Source: Gemmatimonadota bacterium | GTDB taxonomy: Bacteria > Gemmatimonadota > Gemmatimonadetes > Palauibacterales > KS3-K002 | Direction: 5' to 3' | Length of the DNA: 64,000 nucleotides | Assembly (NCBI GenBank): GCA_039586795.1 | Contig: JBDHJS010000001.1 | Span: 32,001 to 96,000 of the forward strand | In this document: one piece after another, positions 39,101 through 49,791 of the stretch | How the letters are laid out: each line of letters opens with the position of its first letter | How positions within the stretch are numbered: position 1 is the stretch's first letter | Position numbers and translations under genes: made by a program | The notes under the pieces: model-generated | The model's database searches: none | The model's input: only the letters and a program-made list of their open reading frames with translations | Told to the model about the DNA's origin: nothing

Positions 39101-41563
39101 GTGACCAAGATCGCCAGCGCTCGACGCGAGCGCATCCTGAATCGATTCCTTGAAGAAGAGCTGCGCGAGTCGTTCATCGACTATTCGATGAGCGTGATCG
39201 TGCAACGGGCGTTGCCAGACGCGCGCGATGGGCTTAAGCCGGTTCAACGGCGCATCCTCTACGCGATGCACGAGCTGGGGCTTGCGCCCGAGAAGGGCCA
39301 CAAGAAGTGCGCGACCGTCGTTGGTGACGTGCTGGGCAAGTACCACCCGCACGGCGATGCGGCGGTATACGAGACGTTAGTGCGGATGGCGCAGCCGTTC
39401 TCGATGCGCTACATGCCGGTCGACGGCCAGGGGAACTTTGGCTCGATCGACGGCGATCCGGCGGCCGCTTATCGCTATACCGAGGCGCGGTTGGCGCCGA
39501 TCGCCACCGACCTGCTCCGCGATCTCGAAAAAGACACCGTCTCCTTCAAGCCGAATTACGACGGGCGCCTCAAAGAGCCCGAAGTGTTGCCGGCGGGCTT
39601 TCCGCAGCTCCTGGTTTGCGGAACCGACGGGATCGCGGTTGGCATGGCGACAAAGATACCGCCGCACAACCTGGGCGAGATCGCCGAAGCGGCGGCGCAG
39701 ATCCTGGGGCGACCCAACACATCGATGAACAAGCTGCTCGAGATCGTGAAGGGTCCTGACTTCCCGACCGGCGCCTATATCTGGGGCCGCGAAGGGATCG
39801 AGGGTGCGTATCGGACGGGCCGCGGCCGAATCATCATGCGGGCCCGCGCTCACGTCGAGCAGGGCGCCTACGGCAAACCATCACTGGTGATCACGGAGCT
39901 GCCGTATCAGGTGAGCAAGCAGCGCGTGATCGAGAACATCGCTGACCTGGTCCGTAAAGGCACGCTGCAAGGCGTTACCGATCTGCGCGACGAAAGCGAT
40001 CGGGACGGCGTGCGAGTGGTGTTGGAGCTGAAGCGCGACGCACAACCGAGGAAGCTGTTGGAGAAGCTCTTCACCAAGACACAACTCCAGTACACCTACG
40101 GCGTGATCGCCCTCGCCCTGGTGAACGGTGTACCGACCCAGCTCAACTTGAAAGAAGCGCTAGAAGTCTGGATCGATCATCGTCTCGACGTAATCGTGCG
40201 CCGTTCCCGCTACAACCTGGCGAAAGCCGAGGAGCGCGCCCACATAGTCGCCGGTTTGTTGATCGCTCTCGATGACATCGACGAGGTCGTGCAGATCATC
40301 AAGTCGAGCCGCACGCCGGAGACGGCAGCGAAGAACCTGCGTTCGGCACTCAAAATCACAGCGCGTCAGGCGGCGGCCATTCTGGCGATGCGATTGAGCC
40401 AACTGACAAATCTGGAAAGCCGCAAGCTCAAGGAAGAGCTGGCGCAACTGGAGAAGCGGATCAAAACCCTGAAAGCGCTGCTGGCCGATGAGAAGAAACG
40501 TCGCGACCTGGTGCGCAGGGAGCTGTTGACGATCGCCGAGCGCTACGGCGACGCGCGGCGAACGGAGATACTGGAGGACGGCGGTCGTTTTCCACTGCCC
40601 AGCGGCGGCGCGGAGCAGGAAATGCACGTCTTCCTCACCCATCACGGGTACATCAAAGCGCTTCCGGCGCGGAGCGCCGACAACGACGGCGGCAGAGCCG
40701 CCGCGGAGAGCCTGGAAGCGGGTCGCAAGGATTTCGTGACCCGGCTGTGGCTCTGCAAATCGGATGAGCAACTTCTGGCGTTCACGCGCGATGGTAACGT
40801 GTACGCGTCGAAGATCGGCGATTTGCCGCAAGGTACGCGATCGTCTCGGGGCCAGAAGCTAGTGGACGTGCTGGATCTCGATGAGGAGATCGCCGCCGTC
40901 CACACGGTTCGTGATTTCGCCGCCGATCGTTACGCGGTGTTCGCGACGCGAAAGGGTCGGGTGAAACGGACGGCGCTTTCCGAGTACAAGAACATCCGGA
41001 GCGGCGGGATCATCGCCACCGGTCTAGAGAAGAAGGACGAAGTCTACGACGTCTGCATCGCCGGCGGCGGCGATCAGATCGTGATGGCCACCGTCAAAGG
41101 ACAGATGATCCGCTTCGAGGAATCAGCGATCCGGCCGATGGGTCGCTCAGCTTCTGGTGTGAAGGGGATCGAGCTGGCGAAAGGCGACAGCGTGGCGGCG
41201 ATCGTCGTCCCGCGACCCGGCTCCGCCACCATAGGCGCGACCGCCGGAGGCTACGCTCGCATACTCGGACACGACGAACCCCGCGTCCAGGCCCGGGGAG
41301 GCAAGGGCGTGTTGTTCCTGCCCTCCCGCATCAAATCCGGCCCAGTCATCGGCATGCTCGACCTCTTGCCCGACGACATCGTGGTTGCCATCACCGTCTC
41401 CGGCGACGTGATCGCCATCGACCATCACGGTGGTAATGGCGGCCAGCCCGGGAAGCCGGTGCTGCTGCCGCTGCGCGGTCGCAAACTGACCGGAATAGCC
41501 CGGGCGCCCATCTGGCGGTCGGCGCCGACTTCTGGCATCGTGCAGATGAGCCTGCAGATTTAG
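39101..41563 (+). CDS. Type IIA topoisomerase A subunit (GyrA/ParC family, probably ParC-like paralog)
   Basis: [29 protein letters not shown] catalytic Tyr, GPDFPTG, C-terminal beta-pinwheel. Confidence 0.92.
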   Translation: MTKIASARRERILNRFLEEELRESFIDYSMSVIVQRALPDARDGLKPVQRRILYAMHELGLAPEKGHKKCATVVGDVLGKYHPHGDAAVYETLVRMAQPFSMRYMPVDGQGNFGSIDGDPAAAYRYTEARLAPIATDLLRDLEKDTVSFKPNYDGRLKEPEVLPAGFPQLLVCGTDGIAVGMATKIPPHNLGEIAEAAAQILGRPNTSMNKLLEIVKGPDFPTGAYIWGREGIEGAYRTGRGRIIMRARAHVEQGAYGKPSLVITELPYQVSKQRVIENIADLVRKGTLQGVTDLRDESDRDGVRVVLELKRDAQPRKLLEKLFTKTQLQYTYGVIALALVNGVPTQLNLKEALEVWIDHRLDVIVRRSRYNLAKAEERAHIVAGLLIALDDIDEVVQIIKSSRTPETAAKNLRSALKITARQAAAILAMRLSQLTNLESRKLKEELAQLEKRIKTLKALLADEKKRRDLVRRELLTIAERYGDARRTEILEDGGRFPLPSGGAEQEMHVFLTHHGYIKALPARSADNDGGRAAAESLEAGRKDFVTRLWLCKSDEQLLAFTRDGNVYASKIGDLPQGTRSSRGQKLVDVLDLDEEIAAVHTVRDFAADRYAVFATRKGRVKRTALSEYKNIRSGGIIATGLEKKDEVYDVCIAGGGDQIVMATVKGQMIRFEESAIRPMGRSASGVKGIELAKGDSVAAIVVPRPGSATIGATAGGYARILGHDEPRVQARGGKGVLFLPSRIKSGPVIGMLDLLPDDIVVAITVSGDVIAIDHHGGNGGQPGKPVLLPLRGRKLTGIARAPIWRSAPTSGIVQMSLQI

Positions 41564-41603
41564 ATCGGGCAACAAGCACGCGAACAGATCGGAGATCCAG
41601 CTG

Positions 41604-42392
41604 ATGAGGAGAGCTCCGCAGCTCCTGCTGACCTTTTGCGCCCTGGCCATGATAGGATGCGCCACACCGGAGCCCGAGGGGACCGCACTGGCCTGGCATG
41701 ATTCGGTGATGGTAGCGATGGGTGGCAAGAAGGCGTGGGAGCGAACCCGCTTCCTACAGTTCCGCTGGAACGTGATCAGAGATGGTCGAGTCGTTTCCCA
41801 ACGCATGCACTACTGGGACTTGTGGGACGGCCGCTATCGCCTGGAGACCACCTTCCAGACGGGCACGGGGCCGCAGCACGGCGGCGGCCAATCGCTAGTC
41901 GTCTATTTCGATGTGAACACCCGAGAGGGTCAGGCCTTCATAGGCGGAATGCAGTTCGGCGGAGCCATGGGCGACACGCTGGTGAAGCGGGCCCACGCCT
42001 GGTTCGTCAACGACAGCTTCTGGCTACTGATGCCCTACAAATGGAGGGACCCGGGTGTGCTTCCGGAGTACTTGGGTAACGAAACCAACGAGCACGGCGA
42101 CTGGGAAGTCGTACACCTTTCGTTCGATGAGGTCGGGCTGACACCGGGTGATCAGTACTGGGTCTACATCGACGCCGAATCGCCGCACCTGGTTCGCATG
42201 TGGCGGTACCATCTACAAGGACGCGATGACAAAGGCCCGTTCATTCGTTGGCAGAACTGGCAACAGTTCGGCGACATCCTGCTAGCGACACGGCGCGAGT
42301 CGGTGGACGGCGGTCTCGTGATCGAGTTTTCGGACATCAAGGCGGAACGCAGCGTGGATCCAAGCGTGTTCACGCCGCCGACAACCAACTGA
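41604..42392 (+). CDS. Hypothetical lipoprotein
   Basis: Lipobox MIGC; AMGG..AW, FVNDSFWLLMPYK, GLTPGDQYW. Confidence 0.7.
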   Translation: MRRAPQLLLTFCALAMIGCATPEPEGTALAWHDSVMVAMGGKKAWERTRFLQFRWNVIRDGRVVSQRMHYWDLWDGRYRLETTFQTGTGPQHGGGQSLVVYFDVNTREGQAFIGGMQFGGAMGDTLVKRAHAWFVNDSFWLLMPYKWRDPGVLPEYLGNETNEHGDWEVVHLSFDEVGLTPGDQYWVYIDAESPHLVRMWRYHLQGRDDKGPFIRWQNWQQFGDILLATRRESVDGGLVIEFSDIKAERSVDPSVFTPPTTN

Positions 42393-42399
42393 GGTACCG

Positions 42400-43353
42400 A
42401 TGCAGTATCGACCATTGGGCAGGTCAGGAATCAAGGTCAGCACGATATCGTTGGGTAGCTGGCTCACGTTCGGGCACAAGACGGACGAGTCGGCGACGGT
42501 GAAGTGCGTGCAGCGTGCGTTCGACCTGGGGATCAACCTGTTCGACACCGCCAACGTGTACGCCGCGGGCCGCGCCGAGGAAGTGCTGGGTGCGGCGCTG
42601 GCTCCGCTTCCCCGCCACGAGTACGTGCTCGCCACCAAGGCCTACTTCCCCGTCGGGCCCGGTCCGAACGATCGGGGGTTATCGCGCAAGCACATCTTCG
42701 AGCAGGTGCACATGAGCCTGAGGCGGCTCGGCACCGATTACGTCGACCTGTTCCAGTGCCACCGCTACGACGACGAGACGCCGCTGGACGAGACGCTCCG
42801 AGCCATCGACGACCTGATCACGCAAGGCGAGGTACTGTACGGTGGGGTGAGCATGTGGTCAGCGGAGAACATCGGCGCAGCCGTCAAACTGGGCAACGAC
42901 CTCGGGCTCCGCCGCCTGATCTCGGACCAGCCCCAATACCACATGTTTCAGCCCGAAATCGAAACAAACGGCGTACTGGACGTGTGCGCCCGTGAAGGAC
43001 TGGGCCTGATCGTTTACTCGCCACTGGCCAGAGGGTTACTGACCGGGAAGTACTCGTCGATCGCGGATGTACCTGACGACTCCCGCGCTGCTGACGAGAT
43101 CGGGAAGACGTTCATGGGCCCCTGGTTCAGCGACGATGGGCTCCGGAAAGTCGAACGACTCAAGAGTATTGCCGACGGAGCGGGCATCACGTTGACCGAG
43201 ATGGCCCTGGCCTGGTGCCTGCGACTGCCGGAGATCACATCGGCGATCATCGGCGCATCGAAGATCTCGCACGTTGAAGAGAACGCGGCCGCGTCAGGGA
43301 TAGTGTTGTCCGAGGACGTGCTGGCAGCGATCGACGACGTGCTGACCGGGTGA
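42400..43353 (+). CDS. Aldo/keto reductase (Kv beta-like)
   Basis: LGSWLTFG, FDTANVY, GLSRKHI, SPLARGLLTGKY. Confidence 0.92.
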   Translation: MQYRPLGRSGIKVSTISLGSWLTFGHKTDESATVKCVQRAFDLGINLFDTANVYAAGRAEEVLGAALAPLPRHEYVLATKAYFPVGPGPNDRGLSRKHIFEQVHMSLRRLGTDYVDLFQCHRYDDETPLDETLRAIDDLITQGEVLYGGVSMWSAENIGAAVKLGNDLGLRRLISDQPQYHMFQPEIETNGVLDVCAREGLGLIVYSPLARGLLTGKYSSIADVPDDSRAADEIGKTFMGPWFSDDGLRKVERLKSIADGAGITLTEMALAWCLRLPEITSAIIGASKISHVEENAAASGIVLSEDVLAAIDDVLTG

Positions 43354-43357
43354 CGGC

Positions 43358-43852
43358 TTACTCAGCTCCCCCAATCGAGGTTCCCTTACTCCTCTCAATC
43401 GACTGTAGGGCAAGGTACCCGTCCCCGTACTTCTGAATGTTCTCCACTTCGTTCGTGAACTGGTCGTGGTGGCGCTCCTCGTCGGCGACCATGTCCTCGA
43501 ATAGGCGCTTGGTTGCGGAGTCCGCGTTGGCGCCGCACTCGTTGGCCCACTCGTTGTATTCTCTGGCGCTCTGCGACTCCATCGCGGCGGCCTTCTCGAG
43601 CATCTTCTTCACATCGTGAGTTTTCTCTACTTCCTCGGAGGCCTTCATCTCCACTTCGCCACCCAGGAACAGGATGCGCTCCGCCGCCCTCTCGATGTGG
43701 ATCATCTCCTCGATCGCCGTCCGCCTGAACAGGCCGGCGATGAGATCGTATCCCTGATCGTCACAGTGGAAATGGAAGTACATATAGTAATGTACGGCTG
43801 ACAGCTCCTCGGCGACCGTCTTGTTAAGTAGCGCGATGCTCCCCTCATGCAT
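43358..43852 (-). CDS. bfr: Bacterioferritin
   Basis: EELSAV, EEMIH (heme Met), ERILFLGG, DEERH ferroxidase ligands. Confidence 0.88.
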   Translation of the reverse strand: MHEGSIALLNKTVAEELSAVHYYMYFHFHCDDQGYDLIAGLFRRTAIEEMIHIERAAERILFLGGEVEMKASEEVEKTHDVKKMLEKAAAMESQSAREYNEWANECGANADSATKRLFEDMVADEERHHDQFTNEVENIQKYGDGYLALQSIERSKGTSIGGAE

Positions 43853-43883
43853 CTCGGGACTCCCTCCAATGAACCGGGGCTAT

Positions 43884-44204
43884 CTATCGGGGCACGAGTT
43901 CCACGAACACTTCCATGACCCCACCGCACACGGCGGGGCTAAATGACAGGTAGTCGTCTGTGAGATCTACGCGAACCAATTTGGGCGCGCCAGTGGCGAT
44001 CACTTCCTGCGCCGCGGCCAAAACCTCCGCTTCGCCGCAGCCGCCGCCGATCGTTCCGATCAGAGTGCCGTCCCCTCCGATGAGCATCTTGCTGCCGGTA
44101 TCCCGCGGTGTCGAACCTTTCACGCGGACGACTGTCGCCAGAGCGACGTTTCGGTCGGTTTCGGTCCCGGCTATGAGCGCTTCATAGATCTCGCGATCAT
44201 CCAT
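43884..44204 (-). CDS. XdhC/CoxI family N-terminal domain protein
   Basis: ATVVRVKGSTPR, GTIGGGCGE, CGGVMEVFVE. Confidence 0.88.
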   Translation of the reverse strand: MDDREIYEALIAGTETDRNVALATVVRVKGSTPRDTGSKMLIGGDGTLIGTIGGGCGEAEVLAAAQEVIATGAPKLVRVDLTDDYLSFSPAVCGGVMEVFVELVPR

Positions 44205-44219
44205 GTATCAATAGACCCC

Positions 44220-45032
44220 TCAGAGCTTGCGTTTCACCTTCTCGATCACTCGTTCTTCCCGGCTAAGTTGTCCGCCGGAACCGCCGCGCCTTACGGCCAC
44301 TAGTTCAGCAGCGATGGCCAGCGCGATCTCTTCCGGCGTCTCAGCCGCGATGTCGAGACCGATCGGCGCGTGCACGCTCTCGAGGCGCGCCGGATCCACA
44401 CCGTCGCCGACCAGGGCCTCGAACGCCGCGCGGACCCGTCGGCGGCTGCCGATCATGCCCAGGTACGCGGGCTCCGCTTTCATCCGTAGCAGTTCGAGTA
44501 TGCAATCGTAGTCGTACTTGTGCCCGCGAGTCACCAGAACAACGTAGCTATTTTCGCTGACGCTCAGGTCGACGAACGGCTCGCCGAAATCGATGAGCAC
44601 GACTTTGGTCGCCTCGGGAAAGTGCTGTCGATCGGCATACTCAGGGCGATCATCGGCTACCGTCACCCGAAAACCGAGCAAAGCGCCGAGGCGACAGAGC
44701 GGCCGCGCGATGTGACCGGCGCCGATAATCAGTAGATCGGGGACGGCCAGCTGCGGCTCGACGTAGAGCTGCCAGGCGCCGCCTTCCATCTCGAGTTCGT
44801 GGAGTCCGCGCTCTCCGTTTGCCAGTGCATCACGGGCGAGGGCTGTCGCTCGCTCATCAGGCTCGGGCGCGCCAAGTCCGCCGTCAACGGACTGTGCGGT
44901 GACAAGGATTCGTCGGCCCACGGCGCCGGCAACTGGAGCGCTCACAACCGTGACCACGACCATCGGCTCACCCCCTTCCTGAGCCGCAAGCGCCCGGCGG
45001 GCCGCGTCTACGGCACTGACGTGTTCGCTCAC
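44220..45032 (-). CDS. xdhC: XdhC family Moco chaperone (Rossmann domain)
   Basis: IIGAGHIA, TRGHKYD, YLGMIGSRRR, APIGLDI.AETPEEIA. Confidence 0.88.
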   Translation of the reverse strand: MSEHVSAVDAARRALAAQEGGEPMVVVTVVSAPVAGAVGRRILVTAQSVDGGLGAPEPDERATALARDALANGERGLHELEMEGGAWQLYVEPQLAVPDLLIIGAGHIARPLCRLGALLGFRVTVADDRPEYADRQHFPEATKVVLIDFGEPFVDLSVSENSYVVLVTRGHKYDYDCILELLRMKAEPAYLGMIGSRRRVRAAFEALVGDGVDPARLESVHAPIGLDIAAETPEEIALAIAAELVAVRRGGSGGQLSREERVIEKVKRKL

Positions 45033-45616
45033 TAGCGATCCCTCACATAGCGGTCGTAGTCGTCGGGTGTGTCCACGTCGGCAAGTACACCTGGATCGTC
45101 GATCTCGACGCCCACCGATCGGTCCGCATGGCGGCGAACCACGGTCCGAGCGCCTTCCGGAAGATCCTCGTCGAGCAGCTCGCTGAACAGCGAGGCGTCG
45201 AAAATGACCGGGTGGCCGTGGCGTCCCTGATGGACGGGCCTGACGATGGGCGCGCCGCCTGTCTCAAATGCCTGGATCAACGCCGTCACGGTTGCGGGCC
45301 GGACAAGCGGGTGATCGACCGGGAGGACGACGGCAGCCGCGGCGGTCTCATCCACCGCTCTCAGCCCGGCACGCAAAGAGTCGATCTGCTGGGTGCCGGA
45401 GCCTCCGCCCCAGGTGGTATGTGCGGAGCCCTCAGGAACCAGTCCGGCAATCGCCGGCTCGTCCGGGTTGAGCACGACGACCACCTGCGCGCACCCTCCT
45501 TCGACCAGCGTGCGCACAGCGCGCTGCAAGAAAGTCTCGTTGTCTACAGGCAGCGATGCCTTCGGCCGGCCCATACGCTCCGAGCGGCCGCCGGTCAGGA
45601 TGATACCGACGATCAT
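45032..45616 (-). CDS. mocA: Molybdenum cofactor cytidylyltransferase-like nucleotidyltransferase
   Basis: GGRSERMGRPKASL, PVDHP, GHPVIF, DVDTPDDY. Confidence 0.75.
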   Translation of the reverse strand: MIVGIILTGGRSERMGRPKASLPVDNETFLQRAVRTLVEGGCAQVVVVLNPDEPAIAGLVPEGSAHTTWGGGSGTQQIDSLRAGLRAVDETAAAAVVLPVDHPLVRPATVTALIQAFETGGAPIVRPVHQGRHGHPVIFDASLFSELLDEDLPEGARTVVRRHADRSVGVEIDDPGVLADVDTPDDYDRYVRDR

Positions 45617-45664
45617 ACGTTGAAGATGAGACGCTGGGGGTGCAGCGTCAAAAGCCGAGACCCG

Positions 45665-46495
45665 TCACTCGAGAGGTAGTTCGAAAGATGGCGCTCCCTC
45701 GGTGGGATCGGCGCTCAGAGGACCCGGGTCGCACATGCGTACGAGGGGCACGACGCGGTCGGGATCGGTTCCACCTGACAAACCGAAGAGTAGGATCGTC
45801 CGTGGAACCCATTTGTCGCTCCCGTGGATGCCCAGTCGGATTTCTCCCGCGTCGTCCTGGGCTTCCTTCTTGGTGAACGGGCGATCGACGGGTACCTCGT
45901 AGATATTCGCCGTGTTGATCTCCAGGTCAGCTTGAGGCGTGTCACTGATCGTTTGATGAACGGCGGGACCATCTGGCGTGACGACGCGTAGCCAGATCGG
46001 GTCGTCCGTCCCCGCATAAGGCGCAGCATACGTGACGACGACGAGCAGTAGCTTTTCGATGGGCGTATTAGCGTCGCCCTTGGAAACGTATCGGATATGA
46101 CCCGAGCTAACCCCTTCTCGCGGGTCGAGACTCAACGTGAAAGTCGGGCTCATGTCCAGCGCTAGCGGGATGGTCTTCTTCTCCCGCGACCAACCCCAGA
46201 CCATGATCAAGTCGGGCCGCCAAAGGTCCGTCGACGTGGTCACCAGCCTGACGTAGAGTTCACCGGGGTCGACCTGATCGTCGGCCAGCTCCGTCTTCGG
46301 CATATCTCTGAGCGAGTGCATCGTGTAGATCGATTGCCCCCGCTTCAGCTCGCCTACGGTCGTAGGCGCGAAGAGCGGGCAGTTGACCCGGTCGGCGCCC
46401 CGCTGATTGACGACGAGCCAGGGTCGGGCACCGGTTCCGCTGAAACGCTCATTGGCGGTGCGGATAGCGACGGATAGAGAGGCGAACGCGCCCAT
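45665..46495 (-). CDS. Hypothetical protein with two tandem PLAT/LH2-like domains
   Basis: Internal duplication: T....SGT/AGTDD, D.W.P..I...G, LS.DP.EG. Confidence 0.6.
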   Translation of the reverse strand: MGAFASLSVAIRTANERFSGTGARPWLVVNQRGADRVNCPLFAPTTVGELKRGQSIYTMHSLRDMPKTELADDQVDPGELYVRLVTTSTDLWRPDLIMVWGWSREKKTIPLALDMSPTFTLSLDPREGVSSGHIRYVSKGDANTPIEKLLLVVVTYAAPYAGTDDPIWLRVVTPDGPAVHQTISDTPQADLEINTANIYEVPVDRPFTKKEAQDDAGEIRLGIHGSDKWVPRTILLFGLSGGTDPDRVVPLVRMCDPGPLSADPTEGAPSFELPLE

Positions 46496-46773
46496 TCTGG
46501 TCCCCTTTCAGAGATACAAGCCGACGCGACAGAGCAAGTCGCTGTACGGCACTGAGCCGTCAGGATCAGGGGACGACATTGCGGGCAAGAGACGGCGTCG
46601 ATCGGCCCGCCAGGGATGGGCCCCAATAGTGGGATGTTGCCTTGGCCGAGGCCTCACGAGAGCGACGCAACGTCGGTCCGGCCTCAACCTGTCTGCCCGC
46701 GATGTAGCAAATATAGAGCGCCAGCGTCTGTGGCGACACAACTGGTGTGTCGCCGGAATCTTGACCAAACCGG

Positions 46774-48171
46774 TCAGCGGCCGAGCGCCGTCAGCATCTC
46801 CTCGACCGAGGCGATCTTGACCCGCGGGCGGCCCTGCTGGGCGCCGTTCGCGTCTTCCAGGTCCTTTATCCGCTGCCAATCCTGCCAGGTCACGAGATCG
46901 GGCTGCGCCTGACGGACGAAGCTCTCCGTGGCCGCCGGATCTGCGTTCGCCGGCTCGAGGACCCTACCCTTCGCCACGTCCTCCAGCATGCACTCGACGG
47001 TCTCTACGGCGCATGCCTTGTTCGTGCCGATCACGCCGGACGGCCCGCGCTTGATCCAGCCGGCGACATAGAGGCCCGGCACGGGTTCGCCGGTCTCGGT
47101 GTCGGTGACACGGCCGTTCTGGTTGGGGATCACACCCCAACTATCATGGAAGGGCACATCGGGCACGGCGACACCGCGGTAGCCGACCGAACGAAAGACG
47201 ATATCGACATCGATCTCCTCGGTTTCGTCGGTCGCCCTTGGCCTCAGCGAACCGTCGTCGCTCTTGTACAACTCGTTCTTGACGATCTTCATGTTGCCGA
47301 CGCCGCCCGCTCCGTCGTCGTGGAGCTCGACGGGCGAGACGAGGAAGCGCATGTGGAGCTTCTTGGGCTTTCCGGCGGCCTCGGCGCCGACGAAAGCGTT
47401 GAGGATGTCGATCTTCTTCAGATCTTCCTTGGACGCGGACTCGAACTGCTCGGCGCTTAACGCATCGAGCTCGATCTCGTCCGCCACGACTTCGAGGTCG
47501 GCTCCGGCGAGCTCGCCCAGCTCCTTGAGCTCGGGATTGGTGAACTTGGCCTGGAGCGGTCCCCGGCGACCGAGGATATAGACTTCTTTTATGTTCGAGT
47601 TGGCGAGCGCCTCTAGGGCATGGTCGGCGATGTCCGTGGTCACCAGCTCGTCCCGGGTCCGACACAGAATGCGGGCAACATCGGCGGCGACGTTGCCGAC
47701 GCCAACGACGGCAGCCTTCTCAACCGACAGATCGAATTCGTAATCCTTGTAGTCAGGGTGGCCGTTGTACCAGGCGACGAACTCGGTCGCGGGGTGACTA
47801 CGATGGAGATCCTCGCCCGGGATCCCCATCAAGCGATCGGTTTGGGCGCCGGTGGTGAAGCAGACCTCGTGGTAGTGGCTCTGGAGATCGGCGACCGTGA
47901 TGTCTTTGCCGACGTCGACGTTTCCGAAGAACCGGAACCCCGGGTTCGCGGCGATCTTCTCGTAGACCCGCGTGACGTTCTTAATCTTCTCGTGGTCGGG
48001 GGCCACGCCGAACCGGACCAGCCCGAATGGGACCGGTAGACGGTCATACATGTCGACCTGAACCGAGACATCCTGTTGCTTGAAGAGCTTCTCGGCGGCG
48101 TAGAAGCCGGCGGGTCCGGAGCCGACGATCGCCACACGTATAGGTTGAGACTCGCTGCCCAGCTGGGTCAT
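46774..48171 (-). CDS. fprA: Ferredoxin-NADP+ reductase, adrenodoxin-reductase/FprA type
   Basis: GSGPAGFY, PFGLVRFGVAPDH, FVAWYNGHP, GVGNVA.D, GWIKRGPSGVIGTN; start ATG 48171. Confidence 0.88.
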   Translation of the reverse strand: MTQLGSESQPIRVAIVGSGPAGFYAAEKLFKQQDVSVQVDMYDRLPVPFGLVRFGVAPDHEKIKNVTRVYEKIAANPGFRFFGNVDVGKDITVADLQSHYHEVCFTTGAQTDRLMGIPGEDLHRSHPATEFVAWYNGHPDYKDYEFDLSVEKAAVVGVGNVAADVARILCRTRDELVTTDIADHALEALANSNIKEVYILGRRGPLQAKFTNPELKELGELAGADLEVVADEIELDALSAEQFESASKEDLKKIDILNAFVGAEAAGKPKKLHMRFLVSPVELHDDGAGGVGNMKIVKNELYKSDDGSLRPRATDETEEIDVDIVFRSVGYRGVAVPDVPFHDSWGVIPNQNGRVTDTETGEPVPGLYVAGWIKRGPSGVIGTNKACAVETVECMLEDVAKGRVLEPANADPAATESFVRQAQPDLVTWQDWQRIKDLEDANGAQQGRPRVKIASVEEMLTALGR

Positions 48172-48336
48172 CCGATGCGCCTCCTGAGGGCTGAAAAGGG
48201 ACTTGTCGCCGCGAGGATCGGCGCCGAAATGATAAGCTACGAGGGGCCAGCGGGCGACCCCGTTGCCGCCAGCCCGGCCCTTCCCTAGCATTCCTTCGCC
48301 CTACCACCATCACCCAGCGAACCGGAGGCCCGCACC

Positions 48337-49716
48337 ATGATCCGCACGAAACGGCTGCTTCTTCCTATCGCCATCGGTGTAATGCTCGTACTCGGCACCA
48401 CGCCAGCTGCGCTGTCGGGACAGGAACGCCCCCTGGGCACGCTCCGCGACCAGGCGCGGATCGAGCAAAGTTGGCTCGAGCTGCGACTCGAGCGCGTGCT
48501 GCCCCGCTTGATGCGCGAGTACGACGTCGACATGTGGATCATCCCGATGCGGGAGTACAACGAGGATCCGGTCTTCGTCGGCCTCGTGTCGCCCACTACG
48601 TTCGCGGCGCGGCGCCGCACGATCTACGCGTTCTGCGATCGAGGAGTTGAAGAAGGCATCGATCGCATCGCCGTCGGCGGTAGCTCCCAAGGCGGCCTGT
48701 ACCGCGTGGTTCGCGATCCAAATGCAGCGACCGGCGCCGCCGCGGGCCAGAATCGCCAGGCCGAGCCCTGGGGCCCGGATCAGTGGAACCTGCTTCCGCC
48801 GATCATCGAGGCCTGCGACCCGGACAGGATCGCCGTGAATATCTCGCACACGTTCGCCTTCTCGGATGGTCTGTCGGCGGGCGAATGGGAGCAGATGTCG
48901 GCCGCGATACCCGAGATGTACAAGGATCGAGTCGTACGAAGCGAGCAGCTCGCCCTCGACTACATCTCGGAGCGACTACCCGAGATGCTGCCGATCTACA
49001 TCGAGATGATGGAGATCGCCCACGAGATCATCGCGACGGCGTTCTCGAATGAGGTGATTACACCCGGCGTCACTCGAACCCAGGATGTGGTCTGGTGGAT
49101 GCGTCAGCGTCTGAACGACTTGGGGCTGGGCACATGGTTCCAGCCATCGGTCGATGTGCAACGCCGCGGTGGATTGGGCGACGACGCAGGGAACCCAGTC
49201 ATCATCCACGGCGACGTCCTGCATTGTGATTTTGGCGTCACGGCGCTGGGACTCAACACCGACACGCAGCACATGGGCTACGTGTTGCGGCCGGGTGAAT
49301 CAGATGCACCCGCCGGTTTATATGCCGCGCTGGCCAACAGCAATCGAATGCAGGACATCACGATGGACGAGCTGGAGCCGGGGCGAACGGGGAACGAGGT
49401 ATTGGAGCGGTCGCTACGGCGGATGAGAGACGAAGGCATTGATGGAACGCTCTACAGCCATCCGGTGGGCGATCACGGGCATGGTGCCGGTCCGCTGGTC
49501 GGGTTGTGGGACCGGCAGGACGGCGTGCCGGGTCGCGGCGATGTGCCGGTGAAGGTGAACACGTGGTATTCCATCGAGCTGCAGTCGGGGACGCCGGTGC
49601 CGGAGTGGGATGATCAGGTGGTGCGGATGGCTTTGGAGGAGGACGCGTATATCGATGGTGAGGGGAAGCGGCATTGGGTTTTGTCGCGGCAGGAGAGGTT
49701 TCATCTGGTGAAGTAG
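48337..49716 (+). CDS. Secreted M24 family metallopeptidase (Xaa-Pro aminopeptidase-like)
   Basis: HCDFG, NTDTQH, YSHP.G.HGHGAG, SIEL, LEED. Confidence 0.85.
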   Translation: MIRTKRLLLPIAIGVMLVLGTTPAALSGQERPLGTLRDQARIEQSWLELRLERVLPRLMREYDVDMWIIPMREYNEDPVFVGLVSPTTFAARRRTIYAFCDRGVEEGIDRIAVGGSSQGGLYRVVRDPNAATGAAAGQNRQAEPWGPDQWNLLPPIIEACDPDRIAVNISHTFAFSDGLSAGEWEQMSAAIPEMYKDRVVRSEQLALDYISERLPEMLPIYIEMMEIAHEIIATAFSNEVITPGVTRTQDVVWWMRQRLNDLGLGTWFQPSVDVQRRGGLGDDAGNPVIIHGDVLHCDFGVTALGLNTDTQHMGYVLRPGESDAPAGLYAALANSNRMQDITMDELEPGRTGNEVLERSLRRMRDEGIDGTLYSHPVGDHGHGAGPLVGLWDRQDGVPGRGDVPVKVNTWYSIELQSGTPVPEWDDQVVRMALEEDAYIDGEGKRHWVLSRQERFHLVK

Positions 49717-49791
49717 AGTGGGAATTGTCGAAGAGGATTCAACGATTCACTCATTCTGGATTGGAGTTTGGAGTGGCATGAGGGGTGAGCT

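Noticed and set aside
43884..45616. Selenium-dependent molybdenum hydroxylase maturation system (yqeB/yqeC)
   Set aside because: Only generic XdhC and MocA motifs are seen; no YqeC or selD in the window.
46496..46773. Small gene or remnant between the PLAT-like gene and fprA
   Set aside because: No recognisable motif, RBS or consistent codon bias.
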